From: Dudresnaya verticillata
Taxonomy: Eukaryota
NCBI GenBank assembly: GCA_977862235.1
Contig: OZ374557.1
Location: 4,092,001-4,156,000 of the forward strand
Length of the DNA stretch: 64,000 nucleotides
Reading direction: 5' to 3'
Shown here: positions 1-13,200 of the stretch, one piece after another
Layout of the letters: each line of letters begins with the position of its first letter
How positions within the stretch are numbered: position 1 is the stretch's first letter
Position numbers and translations under genes: made by a program
Notes under the pieces: generated by a model
Databases searched by the model: none
Seen by the model: the letters and a program-made list of their open reading frames with translations, nothing else
What the model was told of the DNA's origin: nothing

Positions 1-570
1 ATCTTCACGACGACCTACCACCCACAGGCCAATGGCCAGGTGGAAAGGTTCAATCGGACGATTCTCGCCGCCCTACGACACTATGTGGCTGACCACCCTC
101 GCGATTGGGACCTCTTCTCCGACGCGCTAACGTACGCGTACAATACGCAAGCACACATGTCGACGAATATGGCCCCATTCCAACTCGTGTTATCACGTAC
201 GCCTCAGACATTATCGTTAGTAGCTGAGCCGAAGATAGGGGGCATCCCCACGCGAGCACAGTACGCCACGAAGTGGCAGGAGTGCTTACGCGCATTAATG
301 AGGACAACCTCGCTTGAAATGGATAAAGCCCAAGCGCGGTATAAGTGCAACTTCACCGAGCGCTTGCGAAAGTCTCACGAAGATATTGGAGTGAACTCCC
401 AAGTATTCGTCCGAAGGGAATACTTGAAGCGGACGGACCGCAAGCACAAGCTGTCCCCTGTTGCCGACGGTCTATTCAAGGTAACCGCGGCAGACTAGAA
501 GACCGTCACTGTCCGAATGGGTGACCAGCTTGAACGGCTCTCGCGCGACCGTGTGGTGTTAGCACCAAGT
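1..570 (+). pseudogene. Ty3/Gypsy integrase, C-terminal part (runs off the left edge; in-frame stop at 496-498)
   Basis: Translation TTYHPQANGQVERFNRTILAALRHYV...WDLFSDALTYAYNT is the rve core end with the catalytic E. It is followed by LSPVADGLFKV and, after a stop, DRVVLAPSP, which matches DRVTLAPSP in the Gypsy at 32.6-33.2 kb. Confidence 0.9.
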
Positions 571-2250
571 CCAAGCGGATTAACGCCAATGGTTGCCGGC
601 CCGGGTATCGATAACGCCACGAGCGGTCCACAAGGGGTGAACCCCATAAGAAATAACCGCACGACCGCACCAGCGGGACAAACGGACGTCCACACACCGC
701 GGTCGGCCGTAGAGGCACCGGGACATGGAGGCCCGACGATAGTCCAAACGGGTCTCCAGCCGCCAATCGACGGTGCTGAAATAGAACGCCAGACGTCGGC
801 GAGTGCGCCCCCAGCAGCCTCCCATGTGGATGACCGCATCACCGAGCCAGCAGGGGAATGACAACAAAGTTTATCCCCGCGGCAAGGTGTCGATAATGGG
901 TTAACCCAGATAGAGCGGTCGCAAGCGCTGCCCACTCGCAATACGGGGATGACCCCTGATCTCCCCAGTGGAACCAATCCGACGCCTAGAGCTGACGCCG
1001 ACGGACGGGAAGATGGGGAGCGCCCCCTCGCAGTTGGATCGCCGAGGGCGGTACCCATAGCACCAAGAGGGGTAAACCCCAAAAGCGATCGCGGAAACGT
1101 TGCCCCAGGGCGCGAGGCGCACGTCGCTGAAAGCTGTCACGGCTGACCCGGGCGACCAAGTCGAGCCCACAGTGTCGCAAGACTCAGGAACGCACATGCC
1201 GGCGCCCGAGCCAGGTGGAAATGAAGGGATAAGCCCCAGGGAACACGCGGACAATGCGGAAAGCACCTTCAGGGTCGATCGACGCAATACGGGACTGCCC
1301 ACACACACGTCGAATAGCACTCTCGGTCAAAAGGGAGCCAGCCCGAACGCCGTAGGAGCGCGCGAATCTGGAGGGAAAACCGCCGCTGCTGCCTCAGACG
1401 CCTCTCAGGGCGAGGACAGGCGTGCCCGTAAGGGCACAGAGCGCGACGTACCTCCCTCGCGTGTGGCTGTCAGCACCCCGCGTCCTGAAAATCGAACTAC
1501 TAGGACGCGGCGGGGTCATGGCAGTTTGGGAAAATCCCAAATGAATCACCGGGCTCCACCCGTACGACGAACCGAGACGGCCGCGTCTACACTCGTGTCT
1601 GCACCTGCGCCCCCGGGCATACCGAGGGGGCTGGCAGACCTACCACCGTTGAAACCCGCGCGCGACCGCCGACCGCGGCCAGGATTCATCGACCGTCAGG
1701 CCATGGCGCGGTTCACGCGCATGTACAACTCCGCGGAACAACCGCCTGCGCCAGCCCACTCGGCCGGCGCGCAAGTCGTAGGCGCCCAGCCGGACGGAAT
1801 CCTACCCGACGTGCTAGACAGGGGATCACCCCAGAAGCCCTCGAAAGAGTCGGGACGAACTCTCAAGCGCGATAGGCTCGTGGACATCGGGCCTGGAGAC
1901 AGTCCGTCGCTGTCCCCAGCCGCCCCGAACCCGCAAAGCAAGCCGCCGCAACCGAAGGGGAATGCCCCATTATCAAGCGGATTGAAGAGGACCTCCTCCG
2001 TGGCCATCCGAACGAGCCCGAGGGCTCGCTGTCCTTGGTAGGCGCCGCACCGCACACGCGTGCAAGGTGCCGAGTCACAAAGGAGAACTCCCCATCGGAT
2101 GACGAATACTCGGTAAGCTTCCTCACGGGACAGCCAGCCTCCTCCTCCTGCTCGTCGCAGGAAGAGAAAGAGGTGTCTACACCAGTTCCGACGCGCCTCA
2201 CGCTTCCTCGAAATTCGAAGGTGTTAGCACCCACTCGACCACGTCAGCCG
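570..2250 (+). mobile_element. Pro/Ala/Gly-rich degenerate 3' region of the same Gypsy element; no 3' LTR recognised
   Basis: Low-complexity broken ORFs (517-861, 949-1146, 1100-2041) directly follow the integrase; GVNP-type motifs recur. The right boundary is approximate. Confidence 0.45.
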
Positions 2251-2413
2251 ACGAGGCACGGGATGGTCATACCAAGATACGTAGTGTGGTGGGCCCTGCT
2301 TCGCTGCGCCTTGCGAGTATGCAACTTTCGCATGTTCCCGATCTCGGGTACCGCTCGATAGTTGCCCAATACCACAAACATCTTATTCTGCAAGAACGTT
2401 GCCCATCACAATC

Positions 2414-2638
2414 TGCATTGAACGAGTGGGCAGCGGCGGCAGTGCACCTGGCGCATGCCAGCACCTGGCGGTATGCCGCCATACGCAGTCGTAGAGCGAG
2501 GAGCGCATATTCGAGGAACACGACTTTTAATCCGACAGCATACAGGAGAGACCAGCAGCGACAAGGTGCCTCCATTCCCAGTCGTAGAGCGAGGAGCGCA
2601 TATTCGAGGAACACGACTTGTAGTGCCGTAGCGTGCAC
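2414..2638. repeat. Left arm of an inverted duplication, with an internal ~40-bp direct repeat (gtcgtagagcgaggagcgcatattcgaggaacacgactt at ~2488 and ~2581)
   Basis: Its reverse complement matches 3474-3619 closely. Confidence 0.85.
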
Positions 2639-3473
2639 GATTTGCCAGCGGCTGCACCACTTGAGGAGGTGGCCGCCTTAGATGACATATATGTCGAGCC
2701 AGTCTTCAACACGTTCGCGATGTCCCGCGCACTGGTAGTACACCGCGAGCAGGTCGTACTTCTCCCCCAACGGCGTGAATCCCGTGACGTCCTTGGGTGT
2801 GGGCAGCCCGTATGCGCCCATTGCGATATTGACGATGGAGCGGCCCGACGGCCTCCAAGCCTCATCGAGGCGGGCCCGCGCGATCAGGCTCTGATGGGAA
2901 GAAGGACATCGGTGTGGGAGTGGCTTGGGGAGTATGTCCGTTGACCTCTCGCACACAGTGCGGCTGCTTCGCGAGGCAGTAGCTGATTCCTTTCTCGTGC
3001 CTGGGAGCTATCGACGAATATATATTTATAAATAGCTCCTCGGCACTGCCCAGATCGAAAAGCTACTTTGTTATGTTTCACGATACCGCTTCCTGAATAG
3101 CTATGTAGCAAACGAGATTACCTCCAATAAAATATCTACTTTTTAGGTGATTCATTCCGACCAAATGGATGAGGTATGTAGCTCCCGCGGAGTCGCAAAT
3201 CAAAAACATATGAAAATAGATGTTTTATTTCGCGCATCTCAACATCTATTGGCCGATATGTATATTCGTTTCTAGCTTTTCCAGATCTGCTTCTTCGTTT
3301 GCTACTGATGTGAACGTTTTGCCGAGGGTCTGGCCAACCTCATCGTGCCGCCGTCTCCTGCTTCGGGATGCCCTCTACGCCGCCACAGGCCTGTGCGCAA
3401 CACCGGCCGGTCACCAGCCATGTCTCCTTCTAAAGCGGCCACCTTCTGAAGGGGTAAAGCCGCTGGGAACGCC

Positions 3474-3619
3474 TGCACGCTGCGGCACTACAAGTCGTGT
3501 TCCTCGAATATGCGCTGCGCGCTCTACGACTGGGCATGGCGGCAACTTGTATGGCGGCATACCGCCAGGTGCTGGCCTGCGCCAGGTATACTGCCGCCGC
3601 TGCCCACTCGTGCAGTGCA
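3474..3619. repeat. Right arm of the inverted duplication of 2414-2638
   Basis: tgcacgctgcggcactacaagtcgtgttcctcgaatatgcgc...ctgccgccgctgcccactcgtgcagtgca is the reverse complement of segments of 2414-2638. Confidence 0.85.
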
Positions 3620-3955
3620 ATGCAGAAATGTTGTTCGAAGATGCGTCCAATTTACTGGTAGAGGACCACACTGCAGGCTCCCACTGTATTACCACGTTGA
3701 CGCAGGTCGTGCGACTCAGCACCGAGGATGATGCTGAGAGGAGGAAAGTAGTAGTGGAAACTCTGCTGAGTACAGTGAGTAATGAAATCGATGTGCCGGC
3801 AGCGTGAATGGAGAAGCACAACCGGACATTTCGGTGTTGGGAGGGGTTGGAAACTGGAAGGGAACGAAGGCATGTTGCACGGCGTTTCGACTGTCGCGGT
3901 CATCGCAACAGGTATTGATGATCAATGCATATCGTTTACAAGAATTGCACAAAGC

Positions 3956-4573
3956 CTATTCCGAGAGCGGGTCTTCTATATTGCGTTTTATTTCCTCCCC
4001 AAGTGCACGTACAGAACGATGCCAGTCCTGGACATTTCGGCGAGCATTACGAAGCGCCCATATTATCCTTCTTCCGAACTCTTGAATGAGGTAGCGAAGG
4101 AAATTGGATGCCCTTTGTACTTCGACCTCCAGGTCACCGACTACGGTCCGCAGTTGGGCGACTTGTGCACGTAGTCGTATGACCTCAAGCTGCGAGTCGC
4201 CCACGGTTGGGTTAAGGAGCAACGGCATTTCGGGTGTTGGTCAAACTGTTCAGAAGTTTTGTTGAAGCTGGTTCTCAATATCCGAATCCAACTCAATGTC
4301 GTCTCCGCCCAGGACTTGTATCCCAAGACGCCGTTCAATAGTTTGCAGTCTTGTTCTAGCAGCCCTCGCGATGTGCACTGCCTGAACAACAACCCTCGAC
4401 GATCGGTCCATGACGTTTGTTGTCACCTCACTTATTCTCTGTCGAGCGCTTTCGACTCGCGTTCTTAGCGCATCTACCTCCAGTGGAAAAGACTGTACCT
4501 CGGAGAGAAGTGTTTCCGTATCCATGTCTGTCGCCATGCCGGCCCCATGTCCATTGTTTCGCGGAGATGCCAT
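3956..4573 (-). pseudogene. Coiled-coil-like ORF of unknown function interrupted by two in-frame TGA codons
   Basis: ORFs 4250-4573 and 3956-4228 are in the same frame, separated by 8 codons that include two TGA stops. Both halves have heptad-like composition. Confidence 0.4.
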
Positions 4574-5580
4574 GGGTATGGAAATGAGAGCTGCTGCCTA
4601 TCGAACGAAGCGCACTCTTGACTGGCGAAAAATTTGCGTTCATTGCACAGAAAAAGTGCAGGTGTTTCAAGAGGTCTACGACCCAGGTTGAAAAGGTTCC
4701 ATTACTCGCAAAAAGAATCCGTGGAAATGTCAAACAATCGAGCGAAATGGTATGGAGTAGTGGACGGGATGCACAGACTTATAGCTATCACAGAACTCCG
4801 GGAGGAGGATTACGAGACGGGAAAAGCTTTCTCATGGCCTGTTACTGTTCTTAGAGGGAGCCATGAATTGCAGTCACTGCGACAATTAGCTCGTCACCAG
4901 AATGACAAGCACGATTCTTCATTCTACATCGAAACTACTTTCTTCGATACTCTTCGAGGCCTGAGAGAGGAGGCAGATCATGTCACAGTGGGGAATGGCG
5001 GAAAACGTCCGAATGCAACACAGATTTCCGGGTTTTCAGAATCTGTGTTCCGAATCAGTCTGAAAAATGTTAATGGAAAGACGATTTATATATCGCGTTT
5101 GACTTGGGAGAGTGAGCTGAGGAGAATGGTTAAATCTGTTTTGGGATAGCATGCACGGTTGCGGAGTTATGGCGTGCAGTACATAGGGGTGGAATGTCCC
5201 GAAACCTTCGCGAAAGTTTGGAAAGTTTTGGAATTTCTGGATTAAAATTTTGCCAGAAATTGCGCTGCCCCCTGCTGTCCTTCGGGGGGGGGGGCCTGGC
5301 CGCGCACGGGCGCCTGCGCCCATGCTCCGGCACGTTTTCGCCCCGCTCGTCTCACCACCGGCCTGCCCTGGGCTGCGACCAAGGGCGCAGTGTCGCTCCG
5401 CATAACTGGTACTGCTTGGCCGCCAGGGTAAATCTGGGGTAACCCAGTCGTGCGCGGCCATCATTCCACTCTGGGTGCTGGTACCAGTACCATCCCTTCC
5501 CATGCCCATAATTCCACCCCGGGTCCTAGACCAGTGCGGCGCACCTCGCTCACCACGTCTACCGCGCGTGGCATACCAAA

Positions 5581-7845
5581 TTGCGCCTGCGCCTGAAGTT
5601 CACCATGTCCCGCCCGTACCACCCTCCCGACCACTCCGCACCCGCAAGAACAGGCGTCTCTTGCACCCACCACACGCCCGGCACTGCGCCCCCGGCCGCG
5701 GAGTCTCGCGCTTCGCATACCGTCGCAGATGAGCTCAACAGCGAGGGAGACCTCTATCCACCGCTGTATGATGCGTCCTCCGTGGATGTGGTCCGCGAAT
5801 CACAAGAAGAAGACGACGACTAGCCAGATGACGATAGCGATGGACTGCAAATATTTGTTTCCCATTTTGTCCCGTGGCGCGACTCCATGGTCTAGGTCTG
5901 TGCAAACTTGCACGGATAGTCCTTACAAGAGCTGCAGAGTGACTTCTATGCTGCCGCTGCATCAACATCCGCGTCCACACTTAAAGTGTAGGATGCCGTG
6001 GGAATACAGAACGCTACGTCTTGGCTGTTTAATCTGATGGACCGCACTGGTGCTGGCTACGGCATACGGCATGATTTTGTGCGTTACGCCCCGTTTATCT
6101 GAGCAGTTGCGGATGCCGCGGTTGCAGGGCTTGTGTTTGATGAGCTTGTGCCATAGCTAGCAGAGTGTGCTGCAGAAGAAGAGGCGCCAGTAGACTTGCA
6201 GGACTCCAAACAGAAAGGCCCTCACTTTGAGAGGGCTACGTAACTGGAACTTGCGAGAAGCTGACGAGGAAGCGCAGCCAAGCCGTTACAGAGGGCTTAC
6301 GTCGACTACGACCTTTTGCATGCATGGTCAGTGCCAATAGTGATGCTGCATCACTTGTATGTAGAGATGCGGGCTGTGACATTGACAGCTTTCCTGTTGC
6401 TACAATGGTGACTTCTCGGTCAGCAGCCTGGCAGACAATGGGGCTCCCCCGTATGACCTTTATCCACCAGCTGTTGCGCTGCGGTATAAGATCTGACGCA
6501 CATTATTTCTCGCTGTTCAAGACAACTATCACTAACATGACGATGACTGGCTCAACTTACAACAGCAGCTGGGTATCGACCCGGGTGAAAGTCTGGTCAA
6601 TTCGCAAGATGTGTTGGATCTCAGTGATGTGTTTCCTACCTTGGGAAAGCTGTACCTTAGCCAGAGGTATCCTATTTTCTTTCCAGCAGTTGGCAGGAAT
6701 CGTTATTTGGTGAGGTCTGCGGCTGTCGCAGCTGTGTCCACAACAGATATATCTTTCATGATGCGTGACTGCTTCTTTGCAATACGTCTACTGTCTGAGA
6801 GGGGGTAGCCGTTGATGGGTTATCTGATCTTCATAAGGAAGAGAACGCGGAAGCTGGCTCAACATATGGAAATGGTCGGCAAGGGCGTAAAGCAGATATC
6901 CGGCAAGACCCAACCCTATCGCAACATTTGTGTAAGCTTATGCGGCAATTCACAGCGAGACAGAAGCCCCTTTTGTGCTGCTGTGTACAAGTCAGAGAGA
7001 AGTATAATTGCAACAATTGGGTTCATCTTACGGGGTAAGTCGTAGCTGACCACAAACTTCACCTTCAGTTGAGCTTTGGTATCTTGCGTCAACTAATGCC
7101 CTCGTTACATCCACAGCAGACTCAAGTGTCTGAGCTTAGCGCCAGTTCAGATACTGCAGCCGAAACCGACACGTTTGGTCGAGAAACATCAGAGATTCGT
7201 TTGCTTAACTACGTGCGTGACATACGGGCCCATTTCGGAACGATTCATCTCTGCCACTTCTGGCAGTCTCGGCACATGCAAACATTGCCTGCTGTCAATC
7301 GTTGAGGAGGGTAAAAACGAAATGGGTATGAAATTGCTGCTCATCTTGAATACCGAGCGGAATACCCAACTAGTCAACTGGTACGCAGAGTCGGCCCGAG
7401 ATGATGATAGCCAAAGTGGGCGAACATGGATTGAAGAGGCCCTTTCTGCCATTCGGAAATATATAGACACGAACGAGCGCATCCATTAGGTGCAGGATGG
7501 TGAACCCTTCGATGTTGGCCAGTTGAGGGATTCCATCGGGCGATTTGCGGAACTTGGTACCGAGTTGGTACGAGTCATTTGGTCCTTCAATCACGTACGT
7601 GAGCGGTACGCGGTACCGCTGTCAGTGGAGGAGCCCACCAGCCACTGCGTTGGAAATCTAGTGTGCATCACTATGGCAGCGAGGGGCCAAGTACACTAGG
7701 TCCCAGCATCCCTCTTCTTCGTGCAGGCAGCATGGATTGGGGAGACGAATTACAACTCGCTCGGACTGGCGATGGGATGCACAGAGTCGGAGGATGCGGA
7801 GCGACGCCGAGCCAATCTTCTCGCAGTTGTTGCACAAGCTCATGA
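5581..7845 (+). pseudogene. Heavily degraded coding region of unidentified origin
   Basis: A chain of protein-like + strand fragments (5581, 6611, 7175, 7490, 7721) broken by stops and frameshifts. No family motif recognised. Confidence 0.25.
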
Positions 7846-8658
7846 TGGTGTAGTTTTATTCCTTTGGGTTCTGAAGAATGGAAAAGCTGGGTTGCAGTCG
7901 TGGTGCTATGCGGGCAGGCTGGATTTTGTCTGCAATTCAGTCACAGACGCTGTTTTGTTGTTCTTCTTTTTCATGGTCTTTAAGCACTCCTACCCCTACG
8001 AGTCAGGGATTGCAATATTGTCACCATTTCCATCCCGTTTCGGATAGAATCGCGATTGAAGACAAGCAGGAAGTGCATTCATAAAAGAGTTCATCAGTCT
8101 CAGTAAATTTACTCAACCCCGTTTTCTACCCTATCTATTCATTGCTATCAATTTGGCTGCGGGCGTGGGATCGAGCTCGAGGCGCGAACCCGCTCGTGAT
8201 CCCTGTTTCCGCCGATGGCGCAAGTCATTCGACTTTGTCGGGCAACTTGGTCAAGAATCAGACCTCCCGCTCACAGCGGATAGTGACGGCAATGCCGGGT
8301 TGAGAGAACGCGTGGGGTGTAGTTACTGGGGCACGCTGCCGCGCCCCGTGACATACTTGCACACGTGGCACGTGTTGCACACGTGGCACGTGTCGCAGGG
8401 CAGTGGAGGACAATGGGACCAAGAGTCTGTAAGCGCGGTGCGTGGACACGTGTAGGTGTAAGTATTAGCGCGGCGCGGTGGCGTGGGCAAATGTGTCAGG
8501 CGCGCGGCTGCATTCCGACGGCGCTTGTCAGACGCACGAGGGAACGACACGTGTCCTGAGTTCCCGCGCGCCGCAGAGCCACCGTCGTCGCCCACGCAGC
8601 AGGGTTAATACTTAGGTAACCCGTCTAGGACGTCACAGTAAACCCCGGCAAGCCGTTC

Positions 8659-8889
8659 TTGGTAGCTGAATGCCCCTTCCCGCTAGCGCGTGCGTCGTCA
8701 CCGCTGCCGTTCGGCAAAGCGTCGGTACCTCCGTGCTTCCACGTTCACCCCGTCGTTGATGTGTTCCCCTTTATGGCCTTGGTAGCCGAATGCCCCTTCC
8801 CGCTAGCGTGTGCGTCACCATCGCTTCCGTTAGGCAAAGAGTCGGTACCTCCGTCCCTCCACGTTCAACACCGTCGTTGACGTGTTTCC
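8659..8889 (+). repeat. Tandem duplication, period 120 bp, 2 diverged copies
   Basis: ttggtagctgaatgccccttcccgctagcg... at 8659 recurs at 8779. Confidence 0.9.
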
Positions 8890-10294
8890 ATTTCCGTCTT
8901 GTTTCGTTTCCTTGGATTCGACCTACCTACCGCCCAGGGCGTTTAAAGTCGGCCTTGTGGCGTTCTACATGCTTTACCACCCCTACCGTCTCTGACGTGC
9001 TACTCGCTGGGTCTCGAACTGTCCGGGCGTGATTTTCCGTCCTAGACGTTTTGCACCACAGGTACTCGAAGAATGCTTCTGTGAAGATCTTCTTGGGCAG
9101 CGGTAGAAGCTCCATCGCAAATCTTGCGGCCTTCTTGGTCGGAGGCTTGGCTTCCAGGTCTTCATAATCTCCTGTACTGCTCGCTGGATCATCTGAAAGC
9201 GGGAAGGAAGAGAGAACAGAAATAGCAACGTTGATCTTCCTTGAAGTCTTCTTGTCTGCGGCCGAAGCCTTGGTATGACTGCGTGTGTTCGCAGTCATTT
9301 TTCAGACGGGTGGGTTACGATCGTAACAAAGTCTTGAGCTACGAAGTCGGCGCGTGGAACCGGGTAGGAATCCGGATTGTCGTCCGTAGCCGGTCGACAC
9401 GCGCGCGCGGCGTGAGAGTGGTGTACAATCACCGCTCTGCGGGCACGGCGCGCAGGGTCGCGGAACGCGGGGAAAGGGGCGCGAGCGGGGCGAAGCGGGG
9501 CGTGAGCGGGGCGCGAGCGGAGCGAGCGGGTCAGAGAGGTGGGCGAGGTTTATCGAAGCAAGGGAAGAGGGCTACGGCAGACCACCGCGGCTGACGCAAC
9601 GGACGTTCTCGTCAACGCTGCTTACTCTAATACTTCGATCGTGCTCAGAGGAGCGGGGGGTGGTCTGCAGTGGTCAGCGGGGCTTGAAGTAGCCCAGCCA
9701 GTTGCAGTCGGGCGCGCGCGTCGCGCGCGGACGGCGCGGTGGTCGCAGAGGGCAGGAGCACTGTAAGGAATCTTACAGTGCGACTCTGCGACACAGATGG
9801 GTCCAAATCGACACGTTTGGGGCTCGCATAAGGCGACGGCCCCGGCTATACTTTTTTTGTCATAACGTTGTGGAGGGCCAAGTGAGCCGTCCCCTGGTGA
9901 CTCTCCTGCTGCTCGCTGATCACTGTCTGGGGACTGCGCGACGCTGTTCAAGGATATCGCTTGTTTCGTAGACTGAAGTGTCCCGATCGCCTAGGAGTGT
10001 GGACGGTGTCAACAGACGGATCGACGTCACGGACTTGGCACAGCAAGGGGTGGCGACATCGTGCAAAGTCGCTACTGTTTTAGTATCCAGCAGGCTTCCC
10101 AATCATCTTCACATGCTTCCTGTTGCAGTGAGGCAAAATCCCTTCTTGGTCTGTCTTCTGCAGAGGGAGTTTCGTATTTAGGAGCCTTTTGTGGGAACCA
10201 AGGGGGACGGTATCGGCTGAGAAAACTTGGAAGCTGCTTCAATAGGCACTAGGTGCTCTCTGTTGACAGGCTGCAAAGCCTTTACAGACGAGCG

Positions 10295-13200
10295 ATGACG
10301 GTATTGTATCTCGGAGCCTCTTTGCCGGCTCTGGTATCTTGTTCCAGAGCCCTGCCAGCCTCTCTTGCAGAGAGTTTGCTATTGAATATTACTGTATTTC
10401 CAGATCGCTTGTCGATTGCGCATGCATGCGCACTCCTCTCAAGATCACCGCCGCCCACTATCTCGAAGTTGAAGGCGAACCTTGAAGCTCTGGTTTGCAA
10501 TGCTCGGAGAAGTCAGCTTTCAAGCGATGATACTCTGAAGCTTGTGTATGCTGCTTCGTTGCTCTTTTCTGTTGAATCATTGCAGTTGCCTTGTCTCAGC
10601 TTGCTACTGACCGCGTTGGAAGTTTTAGAGGGGGTAAGACCCTCGTCGCAACCCCTAGATGAAACTCCGGCTCGCATTATGTCTTCTGCATATGCTATGG
10701 CGCTTTCGTCGCTGCGGCCCAATATCTCCGCCCTTACGGAGTCTCTGTTCGACGTTTTGACCCACCTCACGCAACCGGTTCCGTCCGCCATTATCGCCCT
10801 TGCGCTTTTGTCCGGGCTCAGTGAGTCGCTGTGCGCCCGGGACAGAGAGCGACTAGTGATATCTGCTACCAAAGTCTCTGTAAAAGGAGGGCTGAGAGTG
10901 ACGGAGCGTGTAACGAAGTTATGTGCCATCCCGTTACGTTGTGCGGACACGGAGCTAGTCGCGAAAGGAGTTCTACCAATACTCGAGAAGGCCCTTTTGC
11001 GAGAACCAGAGATGGCTTTGCCTGCGGCCACCCGATTGTTGTCCGCTCTTTCTTCGATATGTATTGTTTCTTGTGGGACTAATAACCGGCTTTTCACAGC
11101 AGTACTATGCGCAGTGAGGAGCGCTGAAGACATCACTAGGATTCAGGGGACAGAACTAGCTAGTGTGCTAGGTTTGCGTATGCGAGGTCCGGATATCGTT
11201 TCCGACGGCTTGTCTTGTCTTTGCAAGTTTCTTTTCGGTGCGAAGTACTCGTACCAGAGAGCAACTGCACTAGATGCCATTTCTGCGCTCTCCTGTTCTG
11301 CCCTGAAGAAGAATCCTCATTGCATTGCTCCTGTCGTTACGACTTTGGAAAGTGTTCTCTCTTGGACACGCAGAAGGGACTGTAATGCAGAGGGACGATT
11401 TGCTGGGGTAAGATCCGTTACCAGAATAAGTGCAGCTTTGCTGGGTGTTCTGAAAGACACAGAACCTCGTCCTACAGTGTTGGAGGGGTCGTGCGTATTT
11501 CTTACGAACGTCCTAAAGGGCATGACATCGGACCTTGAACGTGAAGTTCTGTTGAGGTTATTGACGGATACGCAGCAGGTTTTTCCGCTGCCAATTTCTT
11601 TCTTTGGCGACGAAGGGATACAGGCTCTCGAAAATCTTCTATACTGCTCATCAAAGCCAAGGCCTGAAGCCCGTTTGCGTGCGTTAACTCTTCTGTGTGA
11701 CTGGACGGATCGCGATGGGAAGGGTAATAACAGGCATCGTGATGCTGTAGGGCAGAATTTGGTAAGCAATTCCAAAATCCCATGCCTGCTTGTGGAGTCA
11801 AGCCGGAACCCGTCAGTGTCTCTGGTTATTTGTATCCTGCGCAGTTGTGGATGGATGATACAGCGTTGTCGACGCGCAGCAGAAATCGCTCTTTCAGTCT
11901 TGTTCAAGCTGTGTTTGGATGATAGAGCGGATGTATCTGAAGCGGCTTTGAAGCAGGTCGCTAGCATTCGGGTTTCTGCGAACGATTCTCTGTCCCGGAT
12001 GCTATTTAGCGTTCTTTGGCGCACGCAATTTGTCGGCGGTACTACTGGGAGGGGGAATTTCCGTTTTTATGATGAAGGTGCTTGCAAGGAGAGACTGGGG
12101 CGCACCCTTCTTGCAACCCTATTGCCATCTGTGCCTTGCACTCTCAGGCCGTTGGTATCTCTTGCGGCGAATCATCCGAGAATTTGTGGGGTTCAGTCAT
12201 TCATGACGTCGCGGACATGGAGCTCAAGGTACTGGCATATAATAGAACGTTCCTTTGGCCTGTACAAGTGTTCGCGCAGCGAACGAGAGAACTGGTTGGA
12301 GAAATGCCTTTGTACTATATTCGGCCCGGAAGGATTTCAGAATGAGGACTCATCCGCTTCCTCCGGTGCTCTAAATACTCTGGCGGCATTACTGGCCTCT
12401 GGAAATTGGTGTTCTGCTCATGTGGTGCAACGCTCGATTCTGTATCTTCGACTATTGGTGCCATCTACATGGCAACTCAGCTTGGAAGCTCCTACAGTAT
12501 CGCATTCAATTGAAGATATGGAAAGCAGATGGAATGGCAATTCATGTGCGTTGTCACCTGAATGGATTCGCAACGGAAGGGCGTGTGGGATCGGACAATC
12601 TTTCTTCAACTTCAGATGTGGACAGGAGGCTCCATCTGCAGTGGGCAGAGCCCGTATGCCAGAAGCTGGTGGCGCTTCAGCGAAGGTGACTCTGTTGAAG
12701 ATGCATCCCCATGATGCGGCGAAGGCTCTGAAAGTTTCAAGGCGGATTTTGGAGGCAGTGGGTGCTTTTTCGAAGGTTACTCCTCAAGGGATGCTCAACG
12801 CAACCGGCTCGATACTCTCACTTTTGAATACTTTCGTAAGATTCGAAAAGCTTGAGCAGCCCTGCCGCCACGCTATCTCCACCGTTTCTCAAACCGGCAG
12901 CCAGCGTCTGGCCCACCTTTTCACTGACATATCGAACTGTCTATACGATTTGGGAAATGATTTGGCACTGGCAGATTGGAGCATCATTGCGAGGATCATA
13001 GGTCATCTTGACGGCATCGTGCCTCCGAATTTGTGTGTCAGGGATTTCTCTCTTATTTCGCCAATAATTAGAGCTGCACTCACGTATGAGTTTTCGCTAC
13101 TAAGCGAGGGAACCAAGCGTTCCGGGAGTGTCAACCAGGGTAGGCGGAATTATGTCTCCGTCGTTAAGGCAGCCGTCCAGATCCTATTGCTGCATTGCAA

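Noticed and set aside
8927..9298. BED zinc finger / hAT transposase fragment
   Set aside because: Only a vague W-C...H-x3-H pattern; the second Cys and any transposase domain are missing.
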